From Bacteroidota bacterium (lineage in GTDB: Bacteria; Bacteroidota; Bacteroidia; UBA8524): DNA of 64,000 bases. Made by a program: the position numbers and the translations under genes. Each line of letters begins with the position of its first letter. Within the stretch, counting starts at the first letter, position 1. Location: NCBI GenBank assembly GCA_036676705.1, contig JAKFCJ010000207.1:15-64014 (forward strand), given 5' to 3'. The notes under the pieces were generated by a model. The model saw only the letters and a program-made list of their open reading frames with translations. It ran no database searches and was not told the origin of the DNA. Of the stretch, positions 40,912 through 50,403 are shown piece after piece.

Positions 40912-41877
40912 TTAACCGGCATGTGTGATAAGCACATTGCCGGTTTTAAACCCCTTTTCAACGTAGCGGTATGCCTCAACAATGTTTTCGAGGGAGAAGC
41001 TACGGTCGATAAGGGGTTTAAATCGTTTTGTCTCCACCAATTCCTTCAAAAAAAGCACATCTTCCCGGGAGATCGTCGGGATTGGAAAAAGCAGTTTTTT
41101 TCCTCCAAAAAGGGGAGTGACCAGGGCTAAAAAAGGGTTTTGGGACATATAGCCCAATTCGGTAGACATGTAGATCCCTTTACGTTTGAGCAGGGGTTTA
41201 CATTTTGAAAATGAGCTCTTTCCGACCGCATCAAAGACGATATCAAATTCTTTTTGTAGTTGGGTAAAGTCTTCCCGGGTATAATCAATGACGATGTCGG
41301 CACCCAGCCTTTTTATTTGATCTAAATGTTGGGTTGCGCATACTGCTGTGACCTCCGCACCGAAGTATTTGGCAAGCTGCACGGCAGCAGAACCTATAGC
41401 CCCTGTCGCCCCGTTTATCAGGATTTTTTGTCCGGCCCGGAGTTTGGCTGCTCTCAGGTCGCATAAGGCATAGTGCGCTCCTTCTGTGATCGGAGCCGCT
41501 TCTTCATAAGATAGGCCCTCAGGGAGCAGTGCCATCGGACCAGTGTCATCCATAAGCAGATATTCACCATGGCCCCCGAAGTTCACATCGTTGTATCCGA
41601 AGACCCGCTCACCTGATCGAAAGTTCTTCACCTTGTTTCCAACGGCAATGACCTCCCCGGCAAACTCACAGCCCAGGATGTGCACACGGGGTCGCAGCAT
41701 ACCGCTCCAGAAGCGAACAATAAAATAGTTCGCGCTCCGGAATCCACAGTCGGTACGGTTTACAGTCGACGCATGTACCTTGATCAGAACCTCGCTTTCT
41801 TTCGGGACCGGTTGATCGACTTCCAGAATTTTAACGATCTCGGGAGGTCCGTATTGGGTATAGACGGCAGCTTTCAT
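40912..41877 (-). CDS. Medium-chain dehydrogenase/reductase (NADPH:quinone oxidoreductase-like)
   Basis: MKAAVYTQYGPPEIVK N-terminus and a GATGAIGSAAVQLAK Rossmann motif. Confidence 0.8.
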   Translation of the reverse strand: MKAAVYTQYGPPEIVKILEVDQPVPKESEVLIKVHASTVNRTDCGFRSANYFIVRFWSGMLRPRVHILGCEFAGEVIAVGNKVKNFRSGERVFGYNDVNFGGHGEYLLMDDTGPMALLPEGLSYEEAAPITEGAHYALCDLRAAKLRAGQKILINGATGAIGSAAVQLAKYFGAEVTAVCATQHLDQIKRLGADIVIDYTREDFTQLQKEFDIVFDAVGKSSFSKCKPLLKRKGIYMSTELGYMSQNPFLALVTPLFGGKKLLFPIPTISREDVLFLKELVETKRFKPLIDRSFSLENIVEAYRYVEKGFKTGNVLITHAG

Positions 41878-41981
41878 AATTGGCAATAATGGGATGTTGC
41901 TAATTAACAACAAGTCAACTACCCATTTACCCGGGCTTCGACGAGTGTTCACTTATGGATGGCCGAAAACCGGGAAGGTAC

Positions 41982-42875
41982 CTATAGCGTGTAATAACGC
42001 GGATTCGAGGACAAGGGCGAAGGAGAAGAAAGGAGCGGATAGCCGGTAATCGCTATACTCGGATTGGGATTAGGAGACAGATCAGCTACCTGAACAGTAC
42101 CAATTGCTGCTACCGGATTAGTGGCCGGTCCCGGGTCGATGGTTGCGACATAATTCGGTATTCCGGCGTTGATCGTAAATTTATTTCTTAGGCCACTATT
42201 AGCAGTATTTAAACAGGCCATCAGCCAATAAGGAAATCCGGATTGGTCAGTTAAGCTCTTAAACACCAGTAATATCGGCGTCCCCTGTGTACCTCCATTC
42301 CTTGAATTTACAGGCAAATTGATAATGGGTGGTCTTCTGGTGTTCGGGTCACCCTGCAGAGCAGTAGAACTTCCTGAGCAGGTAACGGCCACGTTCATGA
42401 TCGGACCCATAGTAGAATTATAACCGGCTGTGGTCGTAAAAAGAGGCAGCTTGTAACTCACTACTGTTGCGCCGTCATCCGGAACTGGCCATCCATTATC
42501 GTAGTCTTCATAGGAATAATTCAACTGATAGGCGTTAGCACCACAGGCCTGCCAACAAGCAGGATCAAAGGGACCGGCCGGACTTGGTGTATCCGCAATG
42601 CAGGTATAAAAACCTATGTTTTCAGGTCCTGGATTATACACCACCTGGGCATTTACAGCGAGATATTGAAGACCAGGATTGTAATTATACTGTCCGGTAT
42701 TAGTAATGGCTGTAATGCCTGTAAAAGTAAATTGAACTTCTTCCTGAAATTCATATGCTGACGGGAAGTCTATCAAACAAAAATAGTATGGGTAGGAAGA
42801 CCCTCCGACATTGTTAAATGTAATGGATGCGCCACGGATATTGAAGTTCCATGGGTTTGTAGTTGGATCACTCAT
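41982..42875 (-). CDS. Hypothetical N/G/T/P-rich protein with no recognisable signal peptide or domain
   Basis: 297 aa ORF lying between the cyclase and the MDR gene on the same strand. Confidence 0.4.
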   Translation of the reverse strand: MSDPTTNPWNFNIRGASITFNNVGGSSYPYYFCLIDFPSAYEFQEEVQFTFTGITAITNTGQYNYNPGLQYLAVNAQVVYNPGPENIGFYTCIADTPSPAGPFDPACWQACGANAYQLNYSYEDYDNGWPVPDDGATVVSYKLPLFTTTAGYNSTMGPIMNVAVTCSGSSTALQGDPNTRRPPIINLPVNSRNGGTQGTPILLVFKSLTDQSGFPYWLMACLNTANSGLRNKFTINAGIPNYVATIDPGPATNPVAAIGTVQVADLSPNPNPSIAITGYPLLSSPSPLSSNPRYYTL

Positions 42876-42948
42876 AGGATACAGGGTTAAAAGATGTTTT
42901 CTTTAACGAAACTAACTGAAAATAGGATACTTCCAAGAAAATGATCTT

Positions 42949-43491
42949 TCAAATAGCGTCAATGGAACTATCAATAAAGTACATTTCAATAAACTTATTG
43001 TGTTTAATTTCCACTTGTCCTCGGGAAGTACAAATAAAATTATTTTTTATCCTTGCGTAGGTTGCTGCACTTATATTCACTTTTCCTGCTTCGCCACTAT
43101 GTTCAATTCGGCTTGCTGTATTTACGGTTTCTCCCCAGATATCATAGGCAAACTTCTTTGCCCCTACAATTCCTGCCACTACAGGACCGGTATGTATGCC
43201 CAGGCGCATTTCTACAGGGACTTTTCCCTCTTTTATACGTTGGCACTTATGTTCCCTCATAAACTCCTGAATTTCAATCCCTGCACACACGATATCCCGG
43301 GCATGGGAGGTATTGGTAGTGGGTAGTCCCCCGGCGCACAAATAGCTATCCCCAATGGTTTTTATTTTTTCAAGTTTGTATTTGCTTATGATCGTATCGA
43401 AAGCCTTGAAACAGGTGTCCAGAAGCTCGACCAATTCCCGGGGATTGTGTTTTTCGGTAACTCCCGTGAAGTCAACAATATCTGTAAACAT
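42949..43491 (-). CDS. Class III adenylate/guanylate cyclase catalytic domain. This is the 3' half of a gene interrupted by an in-frame TAG
   Basis: FTDIVDFTGVTEK and KIKTIGDSYLCAGGLP cyclase motifs. It is in the same frame as the 43513..44946 ORF. Confidence 0.75.
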   Translation of the reverse strand: MFTDIVDFTGVTEKHNPRELVELLDTCFKAFDTIISKYKLEKIKTIGDSYLCAGGLPTTNTSHARDIVCAGIEIQEFMREHKCQRIKEGKVPVEMRLGIHTGPVVAGIVGAKKFAYDIWGETVNTASRIEHSGEAGKVNISAATYARIKNNFICTSRGQVEIKHNKFIEMYFIDSSIDAI

Positions 43492-43512
43492 GATCGTTAC
43501 TTCATCAAAAAA

Positions 43513-44946
43513 CTAGGCATCGGCGCTTCCTTTTTGTTTCAGTTCATTGGCCACTTCACGTGGCAGAATATTCAAGAGGAGTGATTCTGAAATTTGACGT
43601 TGTTTTTTCGTTCGGAGCAAACCAATAAAGATAGCTATGACCAGGGATAAGAGGAGCAGGGAGCTGAGAATGAGAATATTTCTCTGGGCCGATTTTGTCT
43701 TGTTTTGCGCATCAAGCAGCACAATTTGTTGCTCTTTTTTCTCTGTTTCGTAGCGGGTTTGCATTTCCGCAATTTGCTTCACTTTTTCAGTGTTTATTAT
43801 GGAATCACTCAGTTGGGAGTACAACTGTTGAAATGCATAGGCCTCGATAAAATTCCTTTTGTTTGCATGCGCTTCTGCAAGAAGATGGTAACTCCGTGCG
43901 AGCCGAACAATGTCATTGGACAGCCTGGCATAGGAGATGGCACTATCGAGGTGGATAATGGCACTATCGAGGTCGGCTTTGTTGCTGTCAACTTTGTAGA
44001 GTTCCAAATGAATACTCCCAATATTATAATAACCCAATGCAACATTACCCAGCATATTGAGTTTTAAACAAGCCTGAAGGGCAAGATTATAATTGTCTTT
44101 AGCAATGCGAAAATGTTTTAATAACTCGTGACACAATGCAATATTGGTCAGATTCTGTGCTATTGTATAATTATCCCCCGATTTTTTGGAGGCACTATCG
44201 ACTTTTAAAAAATAGCTCAATCCTGTTTGGTAGTCATGCAATTTTATACAGTAATGTCCTAATCCATCCCAGGCTGAGATCATATTTTCTGTATATTTAT
44301 GCCTTTCTGAAATGGCTGCGGCGAGCGAGTAATTTTGAAATGCCAGTTTTGGATCGCCATAATCAAGATAAAGATTACCCAACTGGACATAATTTTGTGC
44401 CAAAGCGAAGGAGTCATGGGTATGCTGATTCCACTTCATCGCAGCGAAAACCGCCGCAAAGGCTGAATCTTTCATTCCCAGATCGATATAAATATAACTC
44501 AGGTACAAGCATGCAACACCCGCCCCATGCGAATTTCCGTTTGCACTATATGTTTGAAGGGCATTGCTAATGAGAAGGCGTGACGTATCTACTTTTCCAT
44601 TAGCATATAAAATGGAACCAATGAATAGTTGAGCATTAGCAATGCCATTTTCATAATGGATTTCCTTTGAAAGGGTATAAGCTTCTGTGGCGAAGCGTAA
44701 GGAGGCATCCTGATCGGTTCGCTGAAATTCTTTCGATCTTTCAAGCAACGCATTTATCCGCGTCGTATCGGCAGCAAGGGCGGCTAAAGACCCCAAGACG
44801 AAGAGAAGTACCATGCTGAAAATCTTTTTCATCCGGATTGAAACCAGAACATGCAGCATAAATAAGGCTTCCTTTTGAATGGATCGGGTGCAGGCCATAA
44901 AAGACAAAAAGCGGGAACAGATCAAACTTAGGCTTTTTTCGGCCAA
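43513..44946 (-). CDS. Signal peptide, TPR repeats, a TM helix and the start of a cyclase domain (..NILPREVANELKQKGSADA). This is the 5' half of the interrupted TPR-cyclase gene
   Basis: Multiple TPR repeats and a C-terminal TM helix (ILILSSLLLLSLVIAIFIGLL). The ORF ends at TAG 43513..43515, exactly 7 codons before the cyclase ATG and in the same frame. Confidence 0.7.
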   Translation of the reverse strand: MAEKSLSLICSRFLSFMACTRSIQKEALFMLHVLVSIRMKKIFSMVLLFVLGSLAALAADTTRINALLERSKEFQRTDQDASLRFATEAYTLSKEIHYENGIANAQLFIGSILYANGKVDTSRLLISNALQTYSANGNSHGAGVACLYLSYIYIDLGMKDSAFAAVFAAMKWNQHTHDSFALAQNYVQLGNLYLDYGDPKLAFQNYSLAAAISERHKYTENMISAWDGLGHYCIKLHDYQTGLSYFLKVDSASKKSGDNYTIAQNLTNIALCHELLKHFRIAKDNYNLALQACLKLNMLGNVALGYYNIGSIHLELYKVDSNKADLDSAIIHLDSAISYARLSNDIVRLARSYHLLAEAHANKRNFIEAYAFQQLYSQLSDSIINTEKVKQIAEMQTRYETEKKEQQIVLLDAQNKTKSAQRNILILSSLLLLSLVIAIFIGLLRTKKQRQISESLLLNILPREVANELKQKGSADA

Positions 44947-45566
44947 AAGTCTTTTACGCTTTTTGTCATTGGAAGATTGCCGCCAAATTTTGGGTCGGCG
45001 ATCGGCTCAAGGGCTTGTAGCCCGAGAGGAATATGTCCAGACCACACTTCATTTTCCTGGTTTTCATCTCCGGCCGGGCCACCGCTGCGGATCTTTGCCG
45101 AAGCACGTTCAGTTTTAAAGGCTACCACCATGGTTGCTTTTAATTCACTTTCTGAACCTACAGGTACTTCTTCCCAGCGACCCGGAATGATATTATCGGT
45201 GATGATCTTTAGTGCTTCCAGCCGTTCTCCTTCCTTTTCAACCAGGCTGGCCTTTCCGAACAAAACAACCGAACGGTAATTGGCCGAAGTGTCGAACAAG
45301 GTACGGGCCAGGACCACGCCGTCGAGATGGGTTACACTGATACAAATGGTTTTTTGCTGTATGATCTGGTTCAGCATAAAATTTTTCGCCGAGCCGTGGA
45401 GGTAAAGAATATCCCCTTTTCTTCCGTATGCCGTAGGGATGATCATGGGAACATCTTCATGCATAAAGGCCACATGGCATAAAAAACCAACATCGAGGAT
45501 AGCGTAAATGCTATCCTCGTTGTTGGCAGCCCGGTTGGCACCCCGGGTAATTTTATTGAATTTCAA
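44928..45566 (-). CDS. Pyridoxamine 5'-phosphate oxidase-like FMN-binding protein
   Basis: 212 aa with split-barrel pattern AILDVGFLCHVAFMHEDVPMIIPTAYGRKGDILYLHGS. Confidence 0.55.
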   Translation of the reverse strand: MKFNKITRGANRAANNEDSIYAILDVGFLCHVAFMHEDVPMIIPTAYGRKGDILYLHGSAKNFMLNQIIQQKTICISVTHLDGVVLARTLFDTSANYRSVVLFGKASLVEKEGERLEALKIITDNIIPGRWEEVPVGSESELKATMVVAFKTERASAKIRSGGPAGDENQENEVWSGHIPLGLQALEPIADPKFGGNLPMTKSVKDFWPKKA

Positions 45567-45569
45567 GTA

Positions 45570-45875
45570 TTAAGCTTCTGCGGGTACTTCCTTCGGGTTT
45601 GGCCCGTATTCATTCTCACCGGGCTTGCTGTCGGTTACCAAAAGGACCAACAACCAGATCGCCCCAACAATAGGAATTAATGCAACCAATAACATCCAAC
45701 CGCTTTTTCCGACGTCGTGTAAACGTCTTACCGCAGCTGCCAAACCCGGGATCAGTACAACAAGCCCGTAGATCATATAAAGCGGTCCGTAACCAAATTC
45801 TCCAAAGGCTATTCCCAGCACATTGTCGAGGACCATGGCGACAATCGAAAAAATGATATTGAACAAAATGAACAT
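45570..45875 (-). CDS. DUF805 family inner-membrane protein
   Basis: RRLHDVGKSGWMLL motif, 101 aa with 3 TM helices. Confidence 0.6.
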   Translation of the reverse strand: MFILFNIIFSIVAMVLDNVLGIAFGEFGYGPLYMIYGLVVLIPGLAAAVRRLHDVGKSGWMLLVALIPIVGAIWLLVLLVTDSKPGENEYGPNPKEVPAEA

Positions 45876-46046
45876 CCAATACTCCTGTCACCGGGCTCTA
45901 CCGTTGAAGTCAGTGTACTGTCTCATTACTTTTAAATACCAATTCATAATTTTTTGTTTTCTTTAGGTTCTCCTACTCGTTTGGCTTTTCGGTTCCGCCT
46001 CGTTTTTTCTTCAACGAAGGTTCAATTTATATTTTTCTTTTGATTT

Positions 46047-47270
46047 TTATTCAGATGCCACACGACGGAACTCGACAGTAATCGCTTTTTTCTCGCCGGG
46101 TGGGGTGAAAACGATGTTAAGTGAATTTTTTGTGTCGTAAGAATCGTCATAATAATAATAGTCCCACCAGTATTGGGCTACTTCTTCCTTTTTATTCCAG
46201 CTGAGCACCAGGGTTTGGGATCTTTCCTTCAAGGTCCAGGTGCCTTTGGTTTTTTTCCTGCCTTTGTTGTAATAAACGGTACCATCCGGGTAAAAGATCA
46301 GGTAGGTTCCTGACTCCAGACTAACAAATTCTCCGTTGTCTACTGTGGCGTATGCCTGCCAGGAGTCGCAGAGCATTTCTGACTGCGTTTTTTCTGGGGA
46401 ATATTCAACTGTCTCATAATCATCCGGCAGCGAATCAACCACCATCTGGTCCGTCATTTCTTCCTCATACATGGGTGGTGCTTCGGCCACTGCTTCTGTC
46501 ATGTATTCGTCATCTTCATCGAAGTTGGCAAAGGGTGATCTGTACAGGGTAAAAGTGGTATCCCATGTCCCCGCTAGTCCCTTCAGGCGAACGGTTGAAG
46601 CAAGGTAACCTTCTATGGAAAAGTGATACAGTTTTTGCCGACCCTGCAATTGAATTTCCATTTTTTTGGCATCAAGCGACCAGGTACCTGTATCCAGGGT
46701 TCCAAAATTACAGATCATGGTACCATCATCCGACAAACGCATATGTGTAGTACCGGCAAGATGTAACCGATCTCCATTTCTGTCGAAGCCGGAAACATAC
46801 ATATACTCTTCCAGCAGATAATTGCCGGGAAAATGAGCCTGAAGGCTGTCGGCCAGGGAATAGCCTGCTTTGGAAAGGTGAAACTTTCCTCCATCCGAAT
46901 TCGCGATTTTAGGAAATTCGAAGCCCAAAACGAGGGCGTTTTCTTTTGCCTCGAGTATTCGTACATAAAGAAGGAAGACTCCCGAAAAATTGAGGTAAGT
47001 TCCTTTGCTGCCCTTGCTCAGATCATAATTCACCAGCACGATCTGATCGTCGAGGAGGATCAACGCACGCGAATTATCCAAAAAGGTGATATTCAGGGTA
47101 CCAAGCTCTTTACGGAGTTTATCGGTTGTGGGATTTGAAGCACCTAAACCACTAATGCTGTCTACCTTCCAGGTTTGTTTTGCCAGATTGACAGGTGGGG
47201 TAGTTTTGTTTTGAGCGCTCGCCGGTAGGGATAAAAATAAGGCGAGCAGGGTAATAAGAGCAGGTTTCAT
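46047..47270 (-). CDS. Secreted hypothetical protein
   Basis: The signal peptide MKPALITLLALFLSLPASAQ starts at an internal Met. Confidence 0.45.
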   Translation of the reverse strand: MKPALITLLALFLSLPASAQNKTTPPVNLAKQTWKVDSISGLGASNPTTDKLRKELGTLNITFLDNSRALILLDDQIVLVNYDLSKGSKGTYLNFSGVFLLYVRILEAKENALVLGFEFPKIANSDGGKFHLSKAGYSLADSLQAHFPGNYLLEEYMYVSGFDRNGDRLHLAGTTHMRLSDDGTMICNFGTLDTGTWSLDAKKMEIQLQGRQKLYHFSIEGYLASTVRLKGLAGTWDTTFTLYRSPFANFDEDDEYMTEAVAEAPPMYEEEMTDQMVVDSLPDDYETVEYSPEKTQSEMLCDSWQAYATVDNGEFVSLESGTYLIFYPDGTVYYNKGRKKTKGTWTLKERSQTLVLSWNKKEEVAQYWWDYYYYDDSYDTKNSLNIVFTPPGEKKAITVEFRRVASE

Positions 47271-47316
47271 ACGCAATAATGAGGGGTTCAAAAAATTCGA
47301 ACCGAATGTACGAAGT

Positions 47317-47919
47317 TTGAGCATGAATTTGGATTTTTTTAAAAAGGATAAGGTATTTTATGATGCGATAAAACACATAACATTACCTGACTACACTCCT
47401 TCTGATAACTATTTTCATTACCTGCTGAGGGCCATCGCGTTCCAACAACTTTCCGGCAAAGCCGGAGCCACCATTCATGGCCGTTTTCTACAGCTTTTTC
47501 CCGATCAGAATCCGGAACCGGGTTTTTTACTTGAACTGGAACATGACGCATTGCGCGGCGCAGGACTATCAGGACAAAAAGCTGCCTACATGAAAAATAT
47601 AGCCGATTTCTGGCTGAAAGAAAGCCTGACAAATGCAAAGATCGATCGCCTTGGCGATGAGGATATCCTGGATTATCTTACCCAGATCAAGGGCGTAGGC
47701 AAATGGACGGTTGAGATTTTCCTTATGTTCGGCATGGGCAGGCCTGATCTGTTTCCGCTCGACGATCTGGGTTTGCAGCAGGGTGTTGCCGGTATTTATG
47801 GCTTGAATCACCTGCCCTTAAAAGAACTCAAAAAGGAAATGGTTCGTATATCGGATGGATGGAGGCCACATCGGACCAAAGCGGCGCTTTATGTTTGGAG
47901 ATGGAAAGATGGAGGTTAA
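47317..47919 (+). CDS. HhH-GPD DNA glycosylase (AlkA-like DNA-3-methyladenine glycosylase II)
   Basis: GVGKWTVEIFLMFGMGRPDLFPLDDLGL (HhH-GPD with a catalytic Asp). Confidence 0.75.
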   Translation: MSMNLDFFKKDKVFYDAIKHITLPDYTPSDNYFHYLLRAIAFQQLSGKAGATIHGRFLQLFPDQNPEPGFLLELEHDALRGAGLSGQKAAYMKNIADFWLKESLTNAKIDRLGDEDILDYLTQIKGVGKWTVEIFLMFGMGRPDLFPLDDLGLQQGVAGIYGLNHLPLKELKKEMVRISDGWRPHRTKAALYVWRWKDGG

Positions 47920-47981
47920 GGTTAAGGTTGAGGTTGAGGTTGAGGTTGAGGTTGAGTGTCGGGGCAGAAAATCTTCTGCCC
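47914..47981. repeat. (GGTTAA)2(GGTTGA)5 hexamer array plus the GGGCAGAA/TTCTGCCC hairpin. It acts as a bidirectional terminator element between convergent genes
   Basis: Seven perfect tandem hexamers. The first one contains the alkA-like stop codon. An 8-bp stem hairpin lies at 47962..47981. Confidence 0.7.
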
Positions 47982-47995
47982 TTGATGCGGGGGAG

Positions 47996-48901
47996 TTATA
48001 AATTCAGTAAAGTGTAGTACACCCCGTCGATCACCTTACCCATTCTGTATATATCAAGGGTTTCCAGGGTATCTGTTTTTCTGTGATAATTTTTATTTCG
48101 ATAGAAGGAAGTATCAGTGAGCATGAGGGCACTAAAACCGAATTTCCAATAGTTCCTATGGTCGGAATAGTCGATCCCGGGAACGAGTTTGGGAGCGGTG
48201 AATTTTTTTGTTCTTACTGATTTTGTGGAGACATAACGTCTTGAAAATTTACGCGCAAATTTTCCGGATCCGAATTTTTTTACCAGGGTAATGTAATTTC
48301 CTTTTTTGCCATAAAACCATGAAAGCAGGCCTATTGGATAGGCTTGTGAACCCGGCTCGTCCTTAAAGCAGGCGATCATCTCCAGAGAGACCATTCCATA
48401 TACAGGAATCTCAGCATCAGCAAGGGACTTTGCATGGACATAGCTGCCCATATTTTCGGTCCTGAAATAAGGGGGTTCTTCAAGGGTATATGCCACAAGA
48501 TCGATACGATGGTTCAATGCCTTTCCTTTTAACAGCCTTGCCAGCTCCAACAAACCCACAACTCCACTGGCATTATCGTCAGCTCCTTCCTGATTGCCGC
48601 AAACATCGTAATGGGCACCAACGATGATCCTTTTCATGTGTTCAGTTCCGAATGAACAGATCACATTTTTGTAGACGAATCCGTTGACCGTATATTCCTG
48701 AAAAAAAACACTGTCGGTATATAGGAGGAAAACAGCTCTTATATAATCGGCTGTTTTGTTGAGCTGAGTGATGTTTTGATAGGTTCGCGGAGTATCCGTT
48801 TTTGTAATGGCAACCAGGTGAGTCCGGATAATGGCAGTGTCGGAACCTGTGCCAAAAACCAATAAAGGAGCAAGAAGCAGAATTAAAAGAAGGGCCCTCA
48901 T
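47996..48901 (-). CDS. M28 family zinc aminopeptidase, secreted
   Basis: HYDVCGNQEGADDNASGVVGLLELAR with a signal peptide. Confidence 0.8.
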   Translation of the reverse strand: MRALLLILLLAPLLVFGTGSDTAIIRTHLVAITKTDTPRTYQNITQLNKTADYIRAVFLLYTDSVFFQEYTVNGFVYKNVICSFGTEHMKRIIVGAHYDVCGNQEGADDNASGVVGLLELARLLKGKALNHRIDLVAYTLEEPPYFRTENMGSYVHAKSLADAEIPVYGMVSLEMIACFKDEPGSQAYPIGLLSWFYGKKGNYITLVKKFGSGKFARKFSRRYVSTKSVRTKKFTAPKLVPGIDYSDHRNYWKFGFSALMLTDTSFYRNKNYHRKTDTLETLDIYRMGKVIDGVYYTLLNL

Positions 48902-48910
48902 TTTCAGGGC

Positions 48911-49336
48911 CTAATTTTCTGTATACTTCTTAAAATTATCGAGGATGGCCTGCCAACCGCTGCGTTGCATGTCGATAGAATTTTCATTTTCTGCATCGAA
49001 GGTACTGATCACTTTGGTTTGATCTCCGTCTTTGATAAAGGTGGTTTCAACCGTGCGGCCATCGCTCATGGTGTAGGCGATCTTTTCATGGAGGATCACC
49101 TGGTCGTAAACGCCTTCAAAATCGAACCCGAAGCTCCCGTCTTTGGCTTCCATACGCGAAAGGAATTTACCACCCACACGCAGGTCATTTTCTGCATGCG
49201 GGGTATGCCAATCGTCGGAGGCTGTATTCCATTTGATAATATGTTCGGGCGAGGTCCAGTATTTCCATACTTTTTCTATTGGAGCATTTACGGTGTTCCG
49301 AATAGTTACCTTGGTGAATGGGTTGGCTGAATTCAT
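48911..49336 (-). CDS. SRPBCC (AHSA1/START-like) domain protein
   Basis: 141 aa with VNAPIEKVWKYWTSPEHIIKW. Confidence 0.65.
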   Translation of the reverse strand: MNSANPFTKVTIRNTVNAPIEKVWKYWTSPEHIIKWNTASDDWHTPHAENDLRVGGKFLSRMEAKDGSFGFDFEGVYDQVILHEKIAYTMSDGRTVETTFIKDGDQTKVISTFDAENENSIDMQRSGWQAILDNFKKYTEN

Positions 49337-49515
49337 GGTTTTATTTGTTCGTTATTATTTTGAAGTACAACCAAATTAAAGCATTCTAACGAGTTTTGAA
49401 AATTTCCATCCCAAGGCAAAGTGGGAAGGATGTAATTTTTTCTGCGAATTGTATAAATATTCCCTTTGCCTCTCTTCCTAGGTTTGTAAGTATTCTGAAT
49501 CAGGGAATGAGAATA

Positions 49516-50379
49516 ATGGAAACCAGGGAAAAAGGCTACGATCTTGTCGTCAGGGCAAATAATTTTGATCTCTCCTATAATGATATTGGAGAAGGGAATA
49601 TCCCGATCATTTTTTTGCACGGCTTTCCGTTCGACAAATCCATGTGGCAGATACAGATCGATTTTCTGCGCGCAACCCAGCGCTTAATTGCCTGTGATAT
49701 TAGGGGTTTTGGAAAATCTTACGACGAAAGCTCAACTTTAAGCATGGATTTGTTTGGCGATGACCTGATCGCTTTTATGGATGCCTTATACATTGATAGC
49801 GCGATCATCTGCGGGATGTCGATGGGTGGTTTCATCGCCTTTAATGCACAGAAAAGATTTCCGGATCGTTTTGAAGCGATGATCCTGTGTGATACCCAGT
49901 GTATTGCCGACACGGAGGAAATGAAGGAAAAGCGTTTCGAGACCATGGATGAAATTGCCCTTTATGGTCCCGCGGCCTTTAACGAAAGATTTATAAAAAA
50001 GGCACTGCATAAAGAATCTTTCTTTACCAGAAGGAGCATGGTTGCAAATTTAAGAGGCCTTGTCTTTGCCAATTCTGACCGGATAATCATCCAGGGATTA
50101 TTAGCCCTGGCCGGACGTTCGGAAACCTGCTCGACCCTGCACGACATTCAGGTACCGACCCTGATCATTTGCGGAAGGGAAGATGAGGTAACTCCCCTGC
50201 AGGAATCGGAGTTTATGCATGAAAATATTAAAGGGTCCTTACTCCGGATCATTGATGATGCCGGACATGTATCGAACCTCGAAGAACCCTGGGAATTCAA
50301 CAAAATTTTACTTGAATTTTTAGGAACTTTAAAACAGGAGCACCCTGAAAATATTAGCGGGTATCAGTGGAGTTTTTAG
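49516..50379 (+). CDS. Alpha/beta hydrolase
   Basis: HGFPFDKSMW and GMSMGG (GxSxG). The start is set to METREKG. Confidence 0.75.
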   Translation: METREKGYDLVVRANNFDLSYNDIGEGNIPIIFLHGFPFDKSMWQIQIDFLRATQRLIACDIRGFGKSYDESSTLSMDLFGDDLIAFMDALYIDSAIICGMSMGGFIAFNAQKRFPDRFEAMILCDTQCIADTEEMKEKRFETMDEIALYGPAAFNERFIKKALHKESFFTRRSMVANLRGLVFANSDRIIIQGLLALAGRSETCSTLHDIQVPTLIICGREDEVTPLQESEFMHENIKGSLLRIIDDAGHVSNLEEPWEFNKILLEFLGTLKQEHPENISGYQWSF

Positions 50380-50403
50380 GTGGGACTGTGGGAAGAGCAA
50401 TCT

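Noticed and set aside
42949-43491. Cyclase as part of a Pycsar/CBASS-like anti-phage signalling system
   Set aside because: The cyclase is the C-terminal domain of a TPR-TM sensor-type adenylate cyclase, the usual signalling architecture. No cNMP-binding, TIR or phospholipase effector is adjacent.
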